Shown piece after piece: positions 38,971 to 47,844 of a DNA stretch of 62,191 nt. The translations under genes were made by a program, and so were the position numbers. Source of the stretch: Candidatus Parvarchaeum acidiphilum ARMAN-4. Lineage in GTDB: Archaea > Nanobdellota > Nanobdellia > Parvarchaeales > Parvarchaeaceae. The notes beneath the pieces are model-generated. The model was given only the letters and a program-made list of their open reading frames with translations, had not been told where the DNA came from and made no database searches. The stretch covers positions 1 to 62,191 of the forward strand of contig GG730049.1 in the NCBI GenBank assembly GCA_002412065.1. The letters run 5' to 3'. Position 1 is the first letter of the stretch. Each line of letters starts with the position of its first letter.

Positions 38971-39486
38971 ATTATTGTGCTGAGTAACTCTATAATGTGA
39001 AAGATTTATTTTGCAGTTTTTGAAAGCATTTAAAGATCTTCTATAAAAAATGTAGATTATAATTATTGAAAATATAATTATTATAGGATCAGAATCTACT
39101 AATATTGTTTGGGCTGTGTAATATATCGGTGAAAGTGCTGCGGAACCGAATGCAAATGCTATTAGTAATGGGATCAAAACATTGCAGCAAAAAGGAGTAG
39201 ACAATAAACTGAAGAAAATTGCCCATACCGTATTTCTTTTATTTGCGTCTTTTCTTGCTTTTATTATGTAATAGTTTATTGCTATAATAATACTTATTGT
39301 AAAGCTTAAAGCAATCGCGCATACAACATCAAACAAAGGATAAAAGAAGGAAAATTCAAATACTCCTACTTTATCATGCAGAAACAAATAAAGATAGGTA
39401 GAAAATATTATAACAGGTATAATCACAAAGAACTTTTTTTCTTTTAAAAGATTAGAAAATACTTTTAAACCTCCAGTATCTTTCAT
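38962..39486 (-). CDS. Integral membrane protein
   Basis: Four to five hydrophobic segments; no family recognised. Confidence 0.3.
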   Translation of the reverse strand: MKDTGGLKVFSNLLKEKKFFVIIPVIIFSTYLYLFLHDKVGVFEFSFFYPLFDVVCAIALSFTISIIIAINYYIIKARKDANKRNTVWAIFFSLLSTPFCCNVLIPLLIAFAFGSAALSPIYYTAQTILVDSDPIIIIFSIIIIYIFYRRSLNAFKNCKINLSHYRVTQHNNLP

Positions 39487-39579
39487 TTTATTTCATATCA
39501 GCTACTTGATAAAAGCTTTTTATTTTTTATTACAAATCATTAGATAGCAGTATAAATAATAGATAATTTACTATTTTAT

Positions 39580-40710
39580 ATGACAGGCGTAGCAGACTTA
39601 CCATTGCATTACGGTCATGTACCTGATTACCTACTAAAGACGATGAGAGGGATGTGCGATGCAATAATACATACAATGCTATATGAATATGGCGAAGATA
39701 AATTGCTTGAAAGACTTTCTAATCCAATGTGGTTTCAGGCCTTGAATAATGCTATAGGCATGGACTGGGATTCAAGCGGTTCCACTACCGTTTTACTTTC
39801 AATTTTGAAACAGGTAATAAAACCGAAAGAGGGATTAGCAGTTTTTGGCGGTAAAGGAAGGGCTTCTTTGTCAGTAAAAGATGAACTCGGGTCAGCCACT
39901 TTATTTGATATAGAAGCAGATAAATTGCTAGAATACAGTTCTTTGTCAGCAAAAGTTGATTCTGTACTTTTGCAAGACGGCTATAACCTTTACATACATT
40001 ACATGCTTGTATCTAAAACTGGTAGGTGGCTTGTTATACAGCAGGGTATGAATCCATATACAAAGTATGCTAGGAGGTATCATCTATTAGACGTAGAGAA
40101 CTTTGAATGCGCGCCTAATTCTGCAATAAGTGGTATTAAAGGAACAACTATAAATCTTATCGATAAAGGGATAGAAAAAACAAGGAAAGTTGTTCTTGAA
40201 GAGGTAAACGGTAATAAAAATAAGATAATAAGGGATTATAGCAAGGCTTTCAATATTTTAAAAGGCAATAACACCCTAGAACTATTTGAAAAAAACGCTG
40301 CAATATCAGGTTTTGATAGGACAAAAAGGATAGAATATTATCGACCAATAAGTATACAGAAACTTAAAAGAAATCTAGAAAAAATAAAGAATGATAGTTT
40401 TTCCAGTCTTTCAGATTCTCTTTTGGGAGGATTAACTGCATCTACAGCAAGAGCGATGTTTTTAGTAGCCGATTTGATATACAATGAGCCACCTTCTTTT
40501 CTAGATCCAGTAAATTATTCTTATGATCCTTTCAAATATGCTTTTGCCATAGGAGGGAAAGATGGGGTACCATACTCTGTAAATAGGAAAGTGGCAGAAG
40601 AAGTTATAGAAAGTATGAAACAGATAGTAATAAACTCTAAAATAGAAGATAAAAGCAAGAAAAGATCAATTTATAAGGTGGATAGATTGCATAGGTTCCT
40701 AAATATTTAA
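39580..40710 (+). CDS. DUF763 family protein
   Basis: DLPLHYGHVPDYL...RLSNPMWFQALNNAIGMDWDSSGSTTV matches the conserved DUF763 N-terminus. Confidence 0.65.
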   Translation: MTGVADLPLHYGHVPDYLLKTMRGMCDAIIHTMLYEYGEDKLLERLSNPMWFQALNNAIGMDWDSSGSTTVLLSILKQVIKPKEGLAVFGGKGRASLSVKDELGSATLFDIEADKLLEYSSLSAKVDSVLLQDGYNLYIHYMLVSKTGRWLVIQQGMNPYTKYARRYHLLDVENFECAPNSAISGIKGTTINLIDKGIEKTRKVVLEEVNGNKNKIIRDYSKAFNILKGNNTLELFEKNAAISGFDRTKRIEYYRPISIQKLKRNLEKIKNDSFSSLSDSLLGGLTASTARAMFLVADLIYNEPPSFLDPVNYSYDPFKYAFAIGGKDGVPYSVNRKVAEEVIESMKQIVINSKIEDKSKKRSIYKVDRLHRFLNI

Positions 40711-40734
40711 ATACAATAAATAGTAAAATATCGG

Positions 40735-42417
40735 ATGCAGTATAAATGGACCGTTCTAGCAAATACAACAATGGGTGGATTAATGGCGTCTATAAATGCC
40801 ACAATAATACTTATCTCTTTACCTTCAATATTTCGTGGTTTAAACGTCAATCCACTAGCGCCAGGTAATTTTACATTGCTCCTTTGGGTTCTTCTTGGTT
40901 ACATGGTTGTAACAGCTTCTCTTCTTGTTACTTTTGGCAGATTATCTGATGATTACGGACGAAAAAGGTTTTATACCATAGGGTTTGCAATTTTTGCTGT
41001 AGCTTCAATAGCCCTTTCTTTTACTCCTTATAACTCTGGTACAAACGGTGTTTTGTTTATAATAATTTTTAGGTTGATACAGGGAGTAGGTGGTGGATTT
41101 ATAATGGTTAATAGTACTGCTCTTCTTACTGATGCTTTTCCCGATAATGAAAGAGGAAAGGCTCTTGGAACCAATCAAGTTGCTTTCTTATCAGGGTCGT
41201 TTATAGGATTAGTAGCAGGTGGTTTATTAGCCCCATTTGATTTTCACTTAATATTTATAGTCAATATTCCTTTTGCAGTTTTAGGCGCTTTCTGGTCTTA
41301 TTATAAATTAAAAGAGGAAAAGACTGGCGGAAAGAAAAAAGGACTGGATTGGAAAGGTAACCTTGCGCTTTCAGCAGGTTTAATCCTAGTTGCATTAGGT
41401 TTTACGTATGCACTTACCCCATATAAAACTAATCCATTGGGCTGGACAAACCCTTGGGTGATTGCAAGTCTTGTTATTGGTATTCTTCTTATAATATTAT
41501 TTATTCCAATAGAAAGGAAAATTAAAAACCCCTTGTTTAAGTTGTCTTTATTTAGAAATATACAATTCCTTTTCAGTTCCCTTGCTTTATTTTTGAGTGC
41601 TCTTGCTAGAGGCGCAGTGATGTTTTTAGTTATAATCTGGTTACAGGGTGTTTATCTTCCATTACATAATTTTACGATAGCTCAGACACCATTCTGGGCA
41701 GGTATATACATGATACCCTTAATGGTAGGTTTTATAGGTCTTGGGCCTATAAGCGGCATTTTAACAGATAAATTTGGTGCAAGAGTTTTCAGTACGGCCG
41801 GGCTTTTAATAACCGCTTTAGGTCTGTTTTTACTTACTACTTTCTCAGCAAATTTTTCATACATTCCATTTGATATTGTGCTGTTTGTAATCGGCGCAGG
41901 AAATGGTATGTTTGCTGCACCTAACACTAAAAGAGCAATGGATGCTCTTCCCTGGAAAGATAGAGGTGTTGGTAACGGAATAAGAACTACTTTTGCTAAC
42001 GTTGGTCAGATGATCAGTATGGCTATATTCTTTACTATAGCAATAACTGTTTTTTCATATGCTCTGCCTTCTATAATATCAACACAGTTAACAACTTTAA
42101 ATGTGCCTTCAGCATTGGCATCGCAGTTCTCTGCAATTCCTGCCTCTTCTTTTTTGTTCTCTGCATTTCTTGGTATAAATCCAGTATCAACTTTCTTGTC
42201 TCAAGCTCCTGCTTCATTAACTTCTCTTATACCAAATTCATCATTAAAAATAATGAATGCTAGTAGTTTTATTCCAAGATTGATTGCTTCTCCATTTATG
42301 CAAGGTCTGAAGACTGCATTGTATATAGGGATAATTATACTTATAATTGCGGCGGTACTTTCAGCTTTTACGAAACATTCTGTAGCTAAAGGAGCTGATA
42401 AAGTGAGTACAATTTAA
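40735..42417 (+). CDS. MFS transporter, 14-TMS drug:H+ antiporter (DHA2/EmrB-like)
   Basis: GRLSDDYGRKRFY motif between TM2 and TM3, RLIQGVGGG motif and about 14 transmembrane segments. Confidence 0.7.
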   Translation: MQYKWTVLANTTMGGLMASINATIILISLPSIFRGLNVNPLAPGNFTLLLWVLLGYMVVTASLLVTFGRLSDDYGRKRFYTIGFAIFAVASIALSFTPYNSGTNGVLFIIIFRLIQGVGGGFIMVNSTALLTDAFPDNERGKALGTNQVAFLSGSFIGLVAGGLLAPFDFHLIFIVNIPFAVLGAFWSYYKLKEEKTGGKKKGLDWKGNLALSAGLILVALGFTYALTPYKTNPLGWTNPWVIASLVIGILLIILFIPIERKIKNPLFKLSLFRNIQFLFSSLALFLSALARGAVMFLVIIWLQGVYLPLHNFTIAQTPFWAGIYMIPLMVGFIGLGPISGILTDKFGARVFSTAGLLITALGLFLLTTFSANFSYIPFDIVLFVIGAGNGMFAAPNTKRAMDALPWKDRGVGNGIRTTFANVGQMISMAIFFTIAITVFSYALPSIISTQLTTLNVPSALASQFSAIPASSFLFSAFLGINPVSTFLSQAPASLTSLIPNSSLKIMNASSFIPRLIASPFMQGLKTALYIGIIILIIAAVLSAFTKHSVAKGADKVSTI

Positions 42418-42443
42418 TGTATAAAATCTATACAGCTAAATTA

Positions 42444-43661
42444 TTACTTTATATTAAGTACACTAACTTTTTCTTGTTTTATAGTGTAATTTTCACTGTA
42501 GACTAAATTTCCATTTTTATATGCATTTATAAGATATCTGCCAGATTCAATAGTGAATTCTCCTGTTCCATTATTTAAGGTACTGTTAAATACATGGCCC
42601 GTTTTATTAAACGAGATAATTATATTATTTATTGAGCTATTTATGTAAAGTACTCCGATATTAGACGAATTAATTGACCATAAATTTCCTAAATAAGCAT
42701 TATTTCCACTACTTACGTTTGCGTATAATAAGCCACTGCTGTAGAAATTTGGAGTTACAACAGCGTTATTAATTCCTTCTTCCGTGTCACAGCCAAAGTT
42801 ATAAGCATCTTCCACATTTTGGAAATTATTGCCATTCCAATAACTTAGTGTTAAAACTGCAGAACCATTTATAAGAGTAGTATTATATCCATCTCCTGGC
42901 CCACCTATTATAATACCTGCATCGTAAAAATTATAACTAGGTGTATAATTGAATCCGCTTATTATAATTGAGTAATTTTTTATGCTGTTATTTACAAGTA
43001 AGCTAACTTTATCGTACTCTCTCCACCCTTTTCCATCATTATAAGAAAATATTATTTCAGGGTTTCCGTCTCTAGAAATACTAGAATTTGTTCTGAGGTA
43101 AACCGTTTGATTGTTTTTCAATGTTATATTATCGCCAGTTTGATTCTCAGCTTGATAAAAATAGTAAGTATTATTTTTGTTTGAAGGCGAAACGGTTCCA
43201 TTTCCTTCAATTAGAGTACTGTTTAAACTTGCGTTTATACCTGAATCATTCCAAACATTATCTATAAAATTTATTTGCTTTGTTTTAGTATTCATAAGAA
43301 TAACATTCTGAGCAAAATACGCTTGAGTCTTATTCTCATACTTTAACATAACATTCAAATTAAGCTGTATTGACGCATTATAATCATTACTAAAGTTTGT
43401 TACAAAATTATACAAATTAATACTGCTTTCGATAGAATGTGTGGATATATTGTAAACATTACCGTAACTGCTAACACCATAGTCTACTAACCCCATAGGC
43501 GCTGGCTCTACATATTTACACGCGTATAAATTTACACCATCACTGATTCCCAAGCTTGTAAACTGATAGTTACTATAAGGATAAAGCATTACAACCGCTA
43601 TAATCATTATTGCAAAAACCCATCCAAAAAGCATTAACATCTCTGATCTTTGTTCATTCAT
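42444..43661 (-). CDS. Thermopsin-like (peptidase A5) secreted acid protease
   Basis: EPAPMGLVDYG near the N-terminus, SIQLNLNVML...AYFAQNVILMN, and very many NxS/T sequons. Confidence 0.55.
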   Translation of the reverse strand: MNEQRSEMLMLFGWVFAIMIIAVVMLYPYSNYQFTSLGISDGVNLYACKYVEPAPMGLVDYGVSSYGNVYNISTHSIESSINLYNFVTNFSNDYNASIQLNLNVMLKYENKTQAYFAQNVILMNTKTKQINFIDNVWNDSGINASLNSTLIEGNGTVSPSNKNNTYYFYQAENQTGDNITLKNNQTVYLRTNSSISRDGNPEIIFSYNDGKGWREYDKVSLLVNNSIKNYSIIISGFNYTPSYNFYDAGIIIGGPGDGYNTTLINGSAVLTLSYWNGNNFQNVEDAYNFGCDTEEGINNAVVTPNFYSSGLLYANVSSGNNAYLGNLWSINSSNIGVLYINSSINNIIISFNKTGHVFNSTLNNGTGEFTIESGRYLINAYKNGNLVYSENYTIKQEKVSVLNIK

Positions 43662-43836
43662 ACAGTGAATTAAATCTTTAAGAATTTAAGTAATTTGTGT
43701 TATTATAAAATATAAAAACTATTCCTTATTTATTAACAAAATACTACAAACAGTAAGCTTTATATAATATTTGCTTACTTATAAATAATTAAAATGATTA
43801 AAAAAATTACAAGTTAATCATAAAAAAGTATAAATA

Positions 43837-44499
43837 TTGCATAGGTTTATTAAAAGTATGGTCAAATATAGAATTTTATCTCAAAAAAAGAGTGAAAATG
43901 GGCGGGTTATAGCACTTGCTTTAAATTATATCTCCCCATCAATGGTAAAAATTCTATTAACTAAAAAGTTAAAAGTGAATTCTATAGTTCAGATCGATAA
44001 CGACATTGCATACTATAAAAAGAAATATATCGGAAAGGTGTTAGAAACTAGAAATGCTGAGGATATAACTATAAATACAGACTACTCGATAAAATATACT
44101 GGGGGTTATTCTGTAGATGGCAAACGTATCTTTCTTGACAAAAATTTTCCAAAGTTAATTGTAGTTAATAACAAAATCGTTAATACTATCGACAGCATAG
44201 CTAAACACCATGAAATTACAGAAAAATGGCTTGTTGATTTTGGTTATTCCTATGCATACTCCCACAGACTCGCAACTTCTATAGAAAGAGATTTCATAAA
44301 GATTTTAGGAGTAAATTGGCAGGATTATGACAGAGAGGTTGGGAAGTATTTGCATGAAAACTATACTAGAAAGCTGGAGAATACACCACTTGATTTAGAT
44401 CTATTGCCATATGTGGAATCAAGGGATTCAAAGGCTTTGAAGGAAATAAAAGAAAGCATGAATACTCAGATATTAAATATAGCACAGCACGGAGAATGA
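43837..44499 (+). CDS. Hypothetical protein
   Basis: ORF only, with a TTG start in the track; ATG at 43858 is an alternative start. Confidence 0.3.
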   Translation: MHRFIKSMVKYRILSQKKSENGRVIALALNYISPSMVKILLTKKLKVNSIVQIDNDIAYYKKKYIGKVLETRNAEDITINTDYSIKYTGGYSVDGKRIFLDKNFPKLIVVNNKIVNTIDSIAKHHEITEKWLVDFGYSYAYSHRLATSIERDFIKILGVNWQDYDREVGKYLHENYTRKLENTPLDLDLLPYVESRDSKALKEIKESMNTQILNIAQHGE

Positions 44500-44533
44500 A
44501 ACTTTTTTATAGTGTTACCCCTATAAAAAATAA

Positions 44534-45952
44534 ATGGAAGAGTGCATATTCTGTAAAATAATCAAAAATGAAATTAAGGCAAGTACAATTTTTGAAGATG
44601 ATAGATTCATTGCTTTTTTAGATAAGAGCCCAATCTTCAAAGGGCACACATTGCTTATACCAAAAAAGCACATTGAAACTATATTTGATTTTTCTGAAGA
44701 TTACCTAAAAGATCTTGCAGTTGAAACAAAAAGAATAGCAGAAGGAGTAAAGAAGGGAATAGGCTGTGATGGTATACTGCTCATAAACAACAACATTGTA
44801 AGTCAAAGTGTACCACATTTCCATGTTCATATAATACCTAGGGAAAAAGGTAAACCTTTAAGAGGGTTCATGTGGCCAAGGACTAGGTATAAAAACGAAA
44901 TTGAAGAAGAGGAATTTAAAGCAAAGATAGAAAAAGCCATAGAAATGCTTAAATCAGATAATATCGTAAGGGTTAGTATGGAAGCTAAGCAAGCCATTAT
45001 AGTTTCAATTGCTTTCATTTTTTTGTTAGTATTCGCATTTAATGCTGTTCATGCAGTAGGCTATGGGCATTCAAAGGTTACATTAACACAGTATTCAGTA
45101 AATATATCTCAAGGGAGTTCTGCAGATATAGGATTTACAATTGCTTTATTTAATGGGAGTTACTGGGGAACTTCGCTTGCTGAAAGCCCTCTTAATAGTT
45201 ATATAACTTTTACACCTAGTGTTTCAGACCAAGATCCAACATACAGCGGGACTTTAGCAATAAATGTTGCAAAAGGAACTCCTATAGGAACATACAAATT
45301 CAATATTTCTGCGACTGGAGATGATCCTTCCGTTTCATCTGTGCAGTTGACTGTTAATGTTTTAAATTCAACAAATAGCACGGCTCCAAGTGTAACTCCT
45401 CCAGTTGTTAGCACTTCCAAACCAACAAATTACTTTGATTATGTAGGCAGCATATTTCTAGTTGTAATAATAGTTCTTTTAGGCTTGGGCCTTTTAATGA
45501 AAAGAAAGTTTGTAAAAGCTGCAAACTATACTATGTTAGGATCAATTATTCTAAGTTTGGCAGCTGCAGCTTATCTTTTGGCTTATGATAGTCTATTAAG
45601 GATTTCAGGCGCACTACATTATGATATTCTTATAGTTTTCTTCATACTAACCATAATATTAGCTTATTTAGTTTATGGTAACAAAAAAATGCACAGGAAT
45701 GCGTTACTTATCTTGGGGAGTTTGTCTGCATTGTTTGTACTAGCGATGTTTTTAGATGCTATCTTAGGTTTGCCTTTAACTCAAGTTTCTGGTTCACTTT
45801 CATACGGCTTTAATTATCTATTTGGCTTCGGTGCTCCAAGTACTTACTCCTCATATAATATTTCATTTGCATTCAGTTTGCTTCTTTTATCAGTAACTGC
45901 TACTTCAATTCTTAGTTTATTTTCATATTTCTTTGAAGTCAAGAAAAAGTAA
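44534..45952 (+). CDS. HIT-family nucleotide hydrolase/transferase domain, continuous in frame with a signal-peptide/surface/polytopic membrane region
   Basis: N-terminal 140 aa carry CIFCKI and the histidine triad HFHVHIIP. From Met149 (44978) onward there is a signal-like segment, a beta-rich domain, an S/T/P linker and about 6 transmembrane segments. Confidence 0.6.
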   Translation: MEECIFCKIIKNEIKASTIFEDDRFIAFLDKSPIFKGHTLLIPKKHIETIFDFSEDYLKDLAVETKRIAEGVKKGIGCDGILLINNNIVSQSVPHFHVHIIPREKGKPLRGFMWPRTRYKNEIEEEEFKAKIEKAIEMLKSDNIVRVSMEAKQAIIVSIAFIFLLVFAFNAVHAVGYGHSKVTLTQYSVNISQGSSADIGFTIALFNGSYWGTSLAESPLNSYITFTPSVSDQDPTYSGTLAINVAKGTPIGTYKFNISATGDDPSVSSVQLTVNVLNSTNSTAPSVTPPVVSTSKPTNYFDYVGSIFLVVIIVLLGLGLLMKRKFVKAANYTMLGSIILSLAAAAYLLAYDSLLRISGALHYDILIVFFILTIILAYLVYGNKKMHRNALLILGSLSALFVLAMFLDAILGLPLTQVSGSLSYGFNYLFGFGAPSTYSSYNISFAFSLLLLSVTATSILSLFSYFFEVKKK

Positions 45953-46232
45953 TTGCTTTTTATTAATAATTTTATCTTATACTTTTTGCTGTTGCTTTTA
46001 TTTGTAATATACTAAATTATTTTTTATCAAAAAATTTGATATTATGCTGTTTTAATCGTTTTAAGGCGCAAAAAGTATTTAAATTAGAATGTATAAATAA
46101 AGTAATTATCTGTATATCCCGGATACGCAGGAGTGCTGCATCGCAGTGCTGTGATTGCATCTTTTCATATACAGATGATATTCGATGCTTTAAAAAGCAG
46201 ATGAAGAATAGTGAGTGCGTGAATTTCATATT

Positions 46233-46255
46233 TATGCATGATGATGTTAATGCAC
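46233..46255 (+). repeat. 5' arm of the 16S rRNA processing stem (inverted repeat)
   Basis: GATGATGTTAATGCAC (46240-46255) is the exact reverse complement of 47785-47800. TATGCA (46233-46238) pairs with 47801-47806 across a 1-nt bulge. Confidence 0.75.
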
Positions 46256-46257
46256 CA

Positions 46258-47754
46258 ATTCCAGTTGATCCTGCTGGAGGTCACTGCTATTGGGATTCGA
46301 ATGAGACATGCAAGTTCATCTATTAGGTAATAGTAGATTGCGTACGGCTGAGGCAACACATAGATAACGTAACGTTATGAGGAGGATATCCTCGGGAAAC
46401 TGAGGTTAATACTCCATAGCAATAATTTTTGAAATAATTTTATTGTGAAAGGTTATTTCTAATACCGAAATAATACGCATAACGATCGGTCTATGCCTGA
46501 TTAGACTGTTGGTGAGGTAACGGCTCACCAAATCTTAGATCAGTAGGGGCCATGGAAGTGGTTTCCCCCAGAAGGGTACTGAGACAAGGACCCTAGCACT
46601 ACGGTGTGCAGCAGTCCCGAAAACTCCACAATGCGCGAAAGCGTGATGAGGGAATCCCAAGTGTTCTTTCCGTTTCGGAAGGAACTTTTGCCACGTTTTG
46701 AAATGGCGTGGCGAATAAGGGCTGGGCAAGCGGGTGCCAGCAGCCGCGGTAATACCTGCGGCCCGAGTTGTGACCATTATTATTGAGTCTAAAGCGTTCG
46801 TAGCTGGTTTGGATAGTTGGTGCTTAAATCTTTTCGTTTAACGGAAAGGCACGGTATAAATACTTCTAGACTAGAGGCCGGGAGGGGAGATGGGAACTTT
46901 TCGGGTAGGAGTAAAATCCTTTAATCCGAAAAAGACCACCAATAGCGAAGGCACATCTCCAGAACGGACCTGACGGTGAGGGACGAAGGCTAGGAGAACA
47001 AACCGGATTAGATACCCGGGTAGCCCTAGCAGTAAACGCTGCTTACTATACGTTGCATTTCCTTGAGGAAATGCAGTGTGACAGCGAAGGCGTTAAGTAA
47101 GCCACTTGGGGAGTATAATCGCAAGGTCGAAACTTAAAGGAATTGGCGGGGGAGCACAAAAACGGGTGAAATTTGCGGTTTAATTGGATTCAACTCCGGG
47201 AATCTTACCAGAAGCGACAGCAATATGAAGGTCAGTCTGAAGAACTTACCAAATGCGCTGAAAGGTGTTGCATGGCCATCATCAGTTAGTATCTTGAGAC
47301 GTCCCGTTAAGTCGGGTAACTAACAAGACCCTCTTCTATATTTGCTAACATGCAATCCGTTGCGAATGAGCAAAATATAGAGACTGCTTTCGAAAGAAAG
47401 AGGAAGGTGAGGGCGACGGTAGGTCAGTACGACCCTAATCCTCTGGGCTACACGCGAATTGCAATGGTAAAGGCAATAGGATGCCACTCCGAAAGGAGGA
47501 GCTAATCCCCGAATCTTTACCCTAGTTCGAATCGAGGTCTGTAACTCGGCCTCGTGAAGGCGGAATCCGTAGTAACCGCGTTTCAACAAAGCGCGGTGAA
47601 TACTTTCCTGCTCATTGCACACACTGCCCGTCAAACCAAACAAGTTGGATTTAGATGAGATTGTCGTTATGCGATAACCGAATCTAGGTTCAGTGAGTAG
47701 GGTTAAGTCGCCACAAGGTAGCCGTATGGGAACATGCGGCTGGATCACCTCCTT
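46258..47754 (+). rRNA. rrs: 16S (SSU) ribosomal RNA, archaeal, divergent
   Basis: 5' ATTCCAGTTGATCCTGCTGGAGG; GTGCCAGCAGCCGCGGTAATAC; GGATTAGATACCC; AAACTTAAAGGAATTGGCGGGGG; 3' GGCTGGATCACCTCCT. Confidence 0.95.
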
Positions 47755-47784
47755 TAATTAAAAATCAGAGCGAGGTCATATTTA

Positions 47785-47806
47785 TGTGCATTAACATCAT
47801 CTGCAT
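47785..47806 (+). repeat. 3' arm of the 16S rRNA processing stem
   Basis: GTGCATTAACATCATC followed by TGCATA, complementary to 46233-46255. Confidence 0.75.
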
Positions 47807-47844
47807 ACTTTTGATTAAGTAATCTTATTATTAGGGGGGTTTTT

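Noticed and set aside
46017-46359. Small ORFs 46017..46229(-), 46036..46326(+) and 46165..46359(-) upstream of or overlapping the 16S 5' end
   Set aside because: They overlap each other, the 16S leader/processing stem and the 16S start. Their sequences are Cys/Ile-rich and look like nonsense, with no family resemblance.
46535-47748. ORFs 46535..46777(-), 46604..46786(+) and 47320..47748(-)
   Set aside because: They lie entirely inside the 16S rRNA gene. They are spurious open frames in relatively GC-rich structural RNA.
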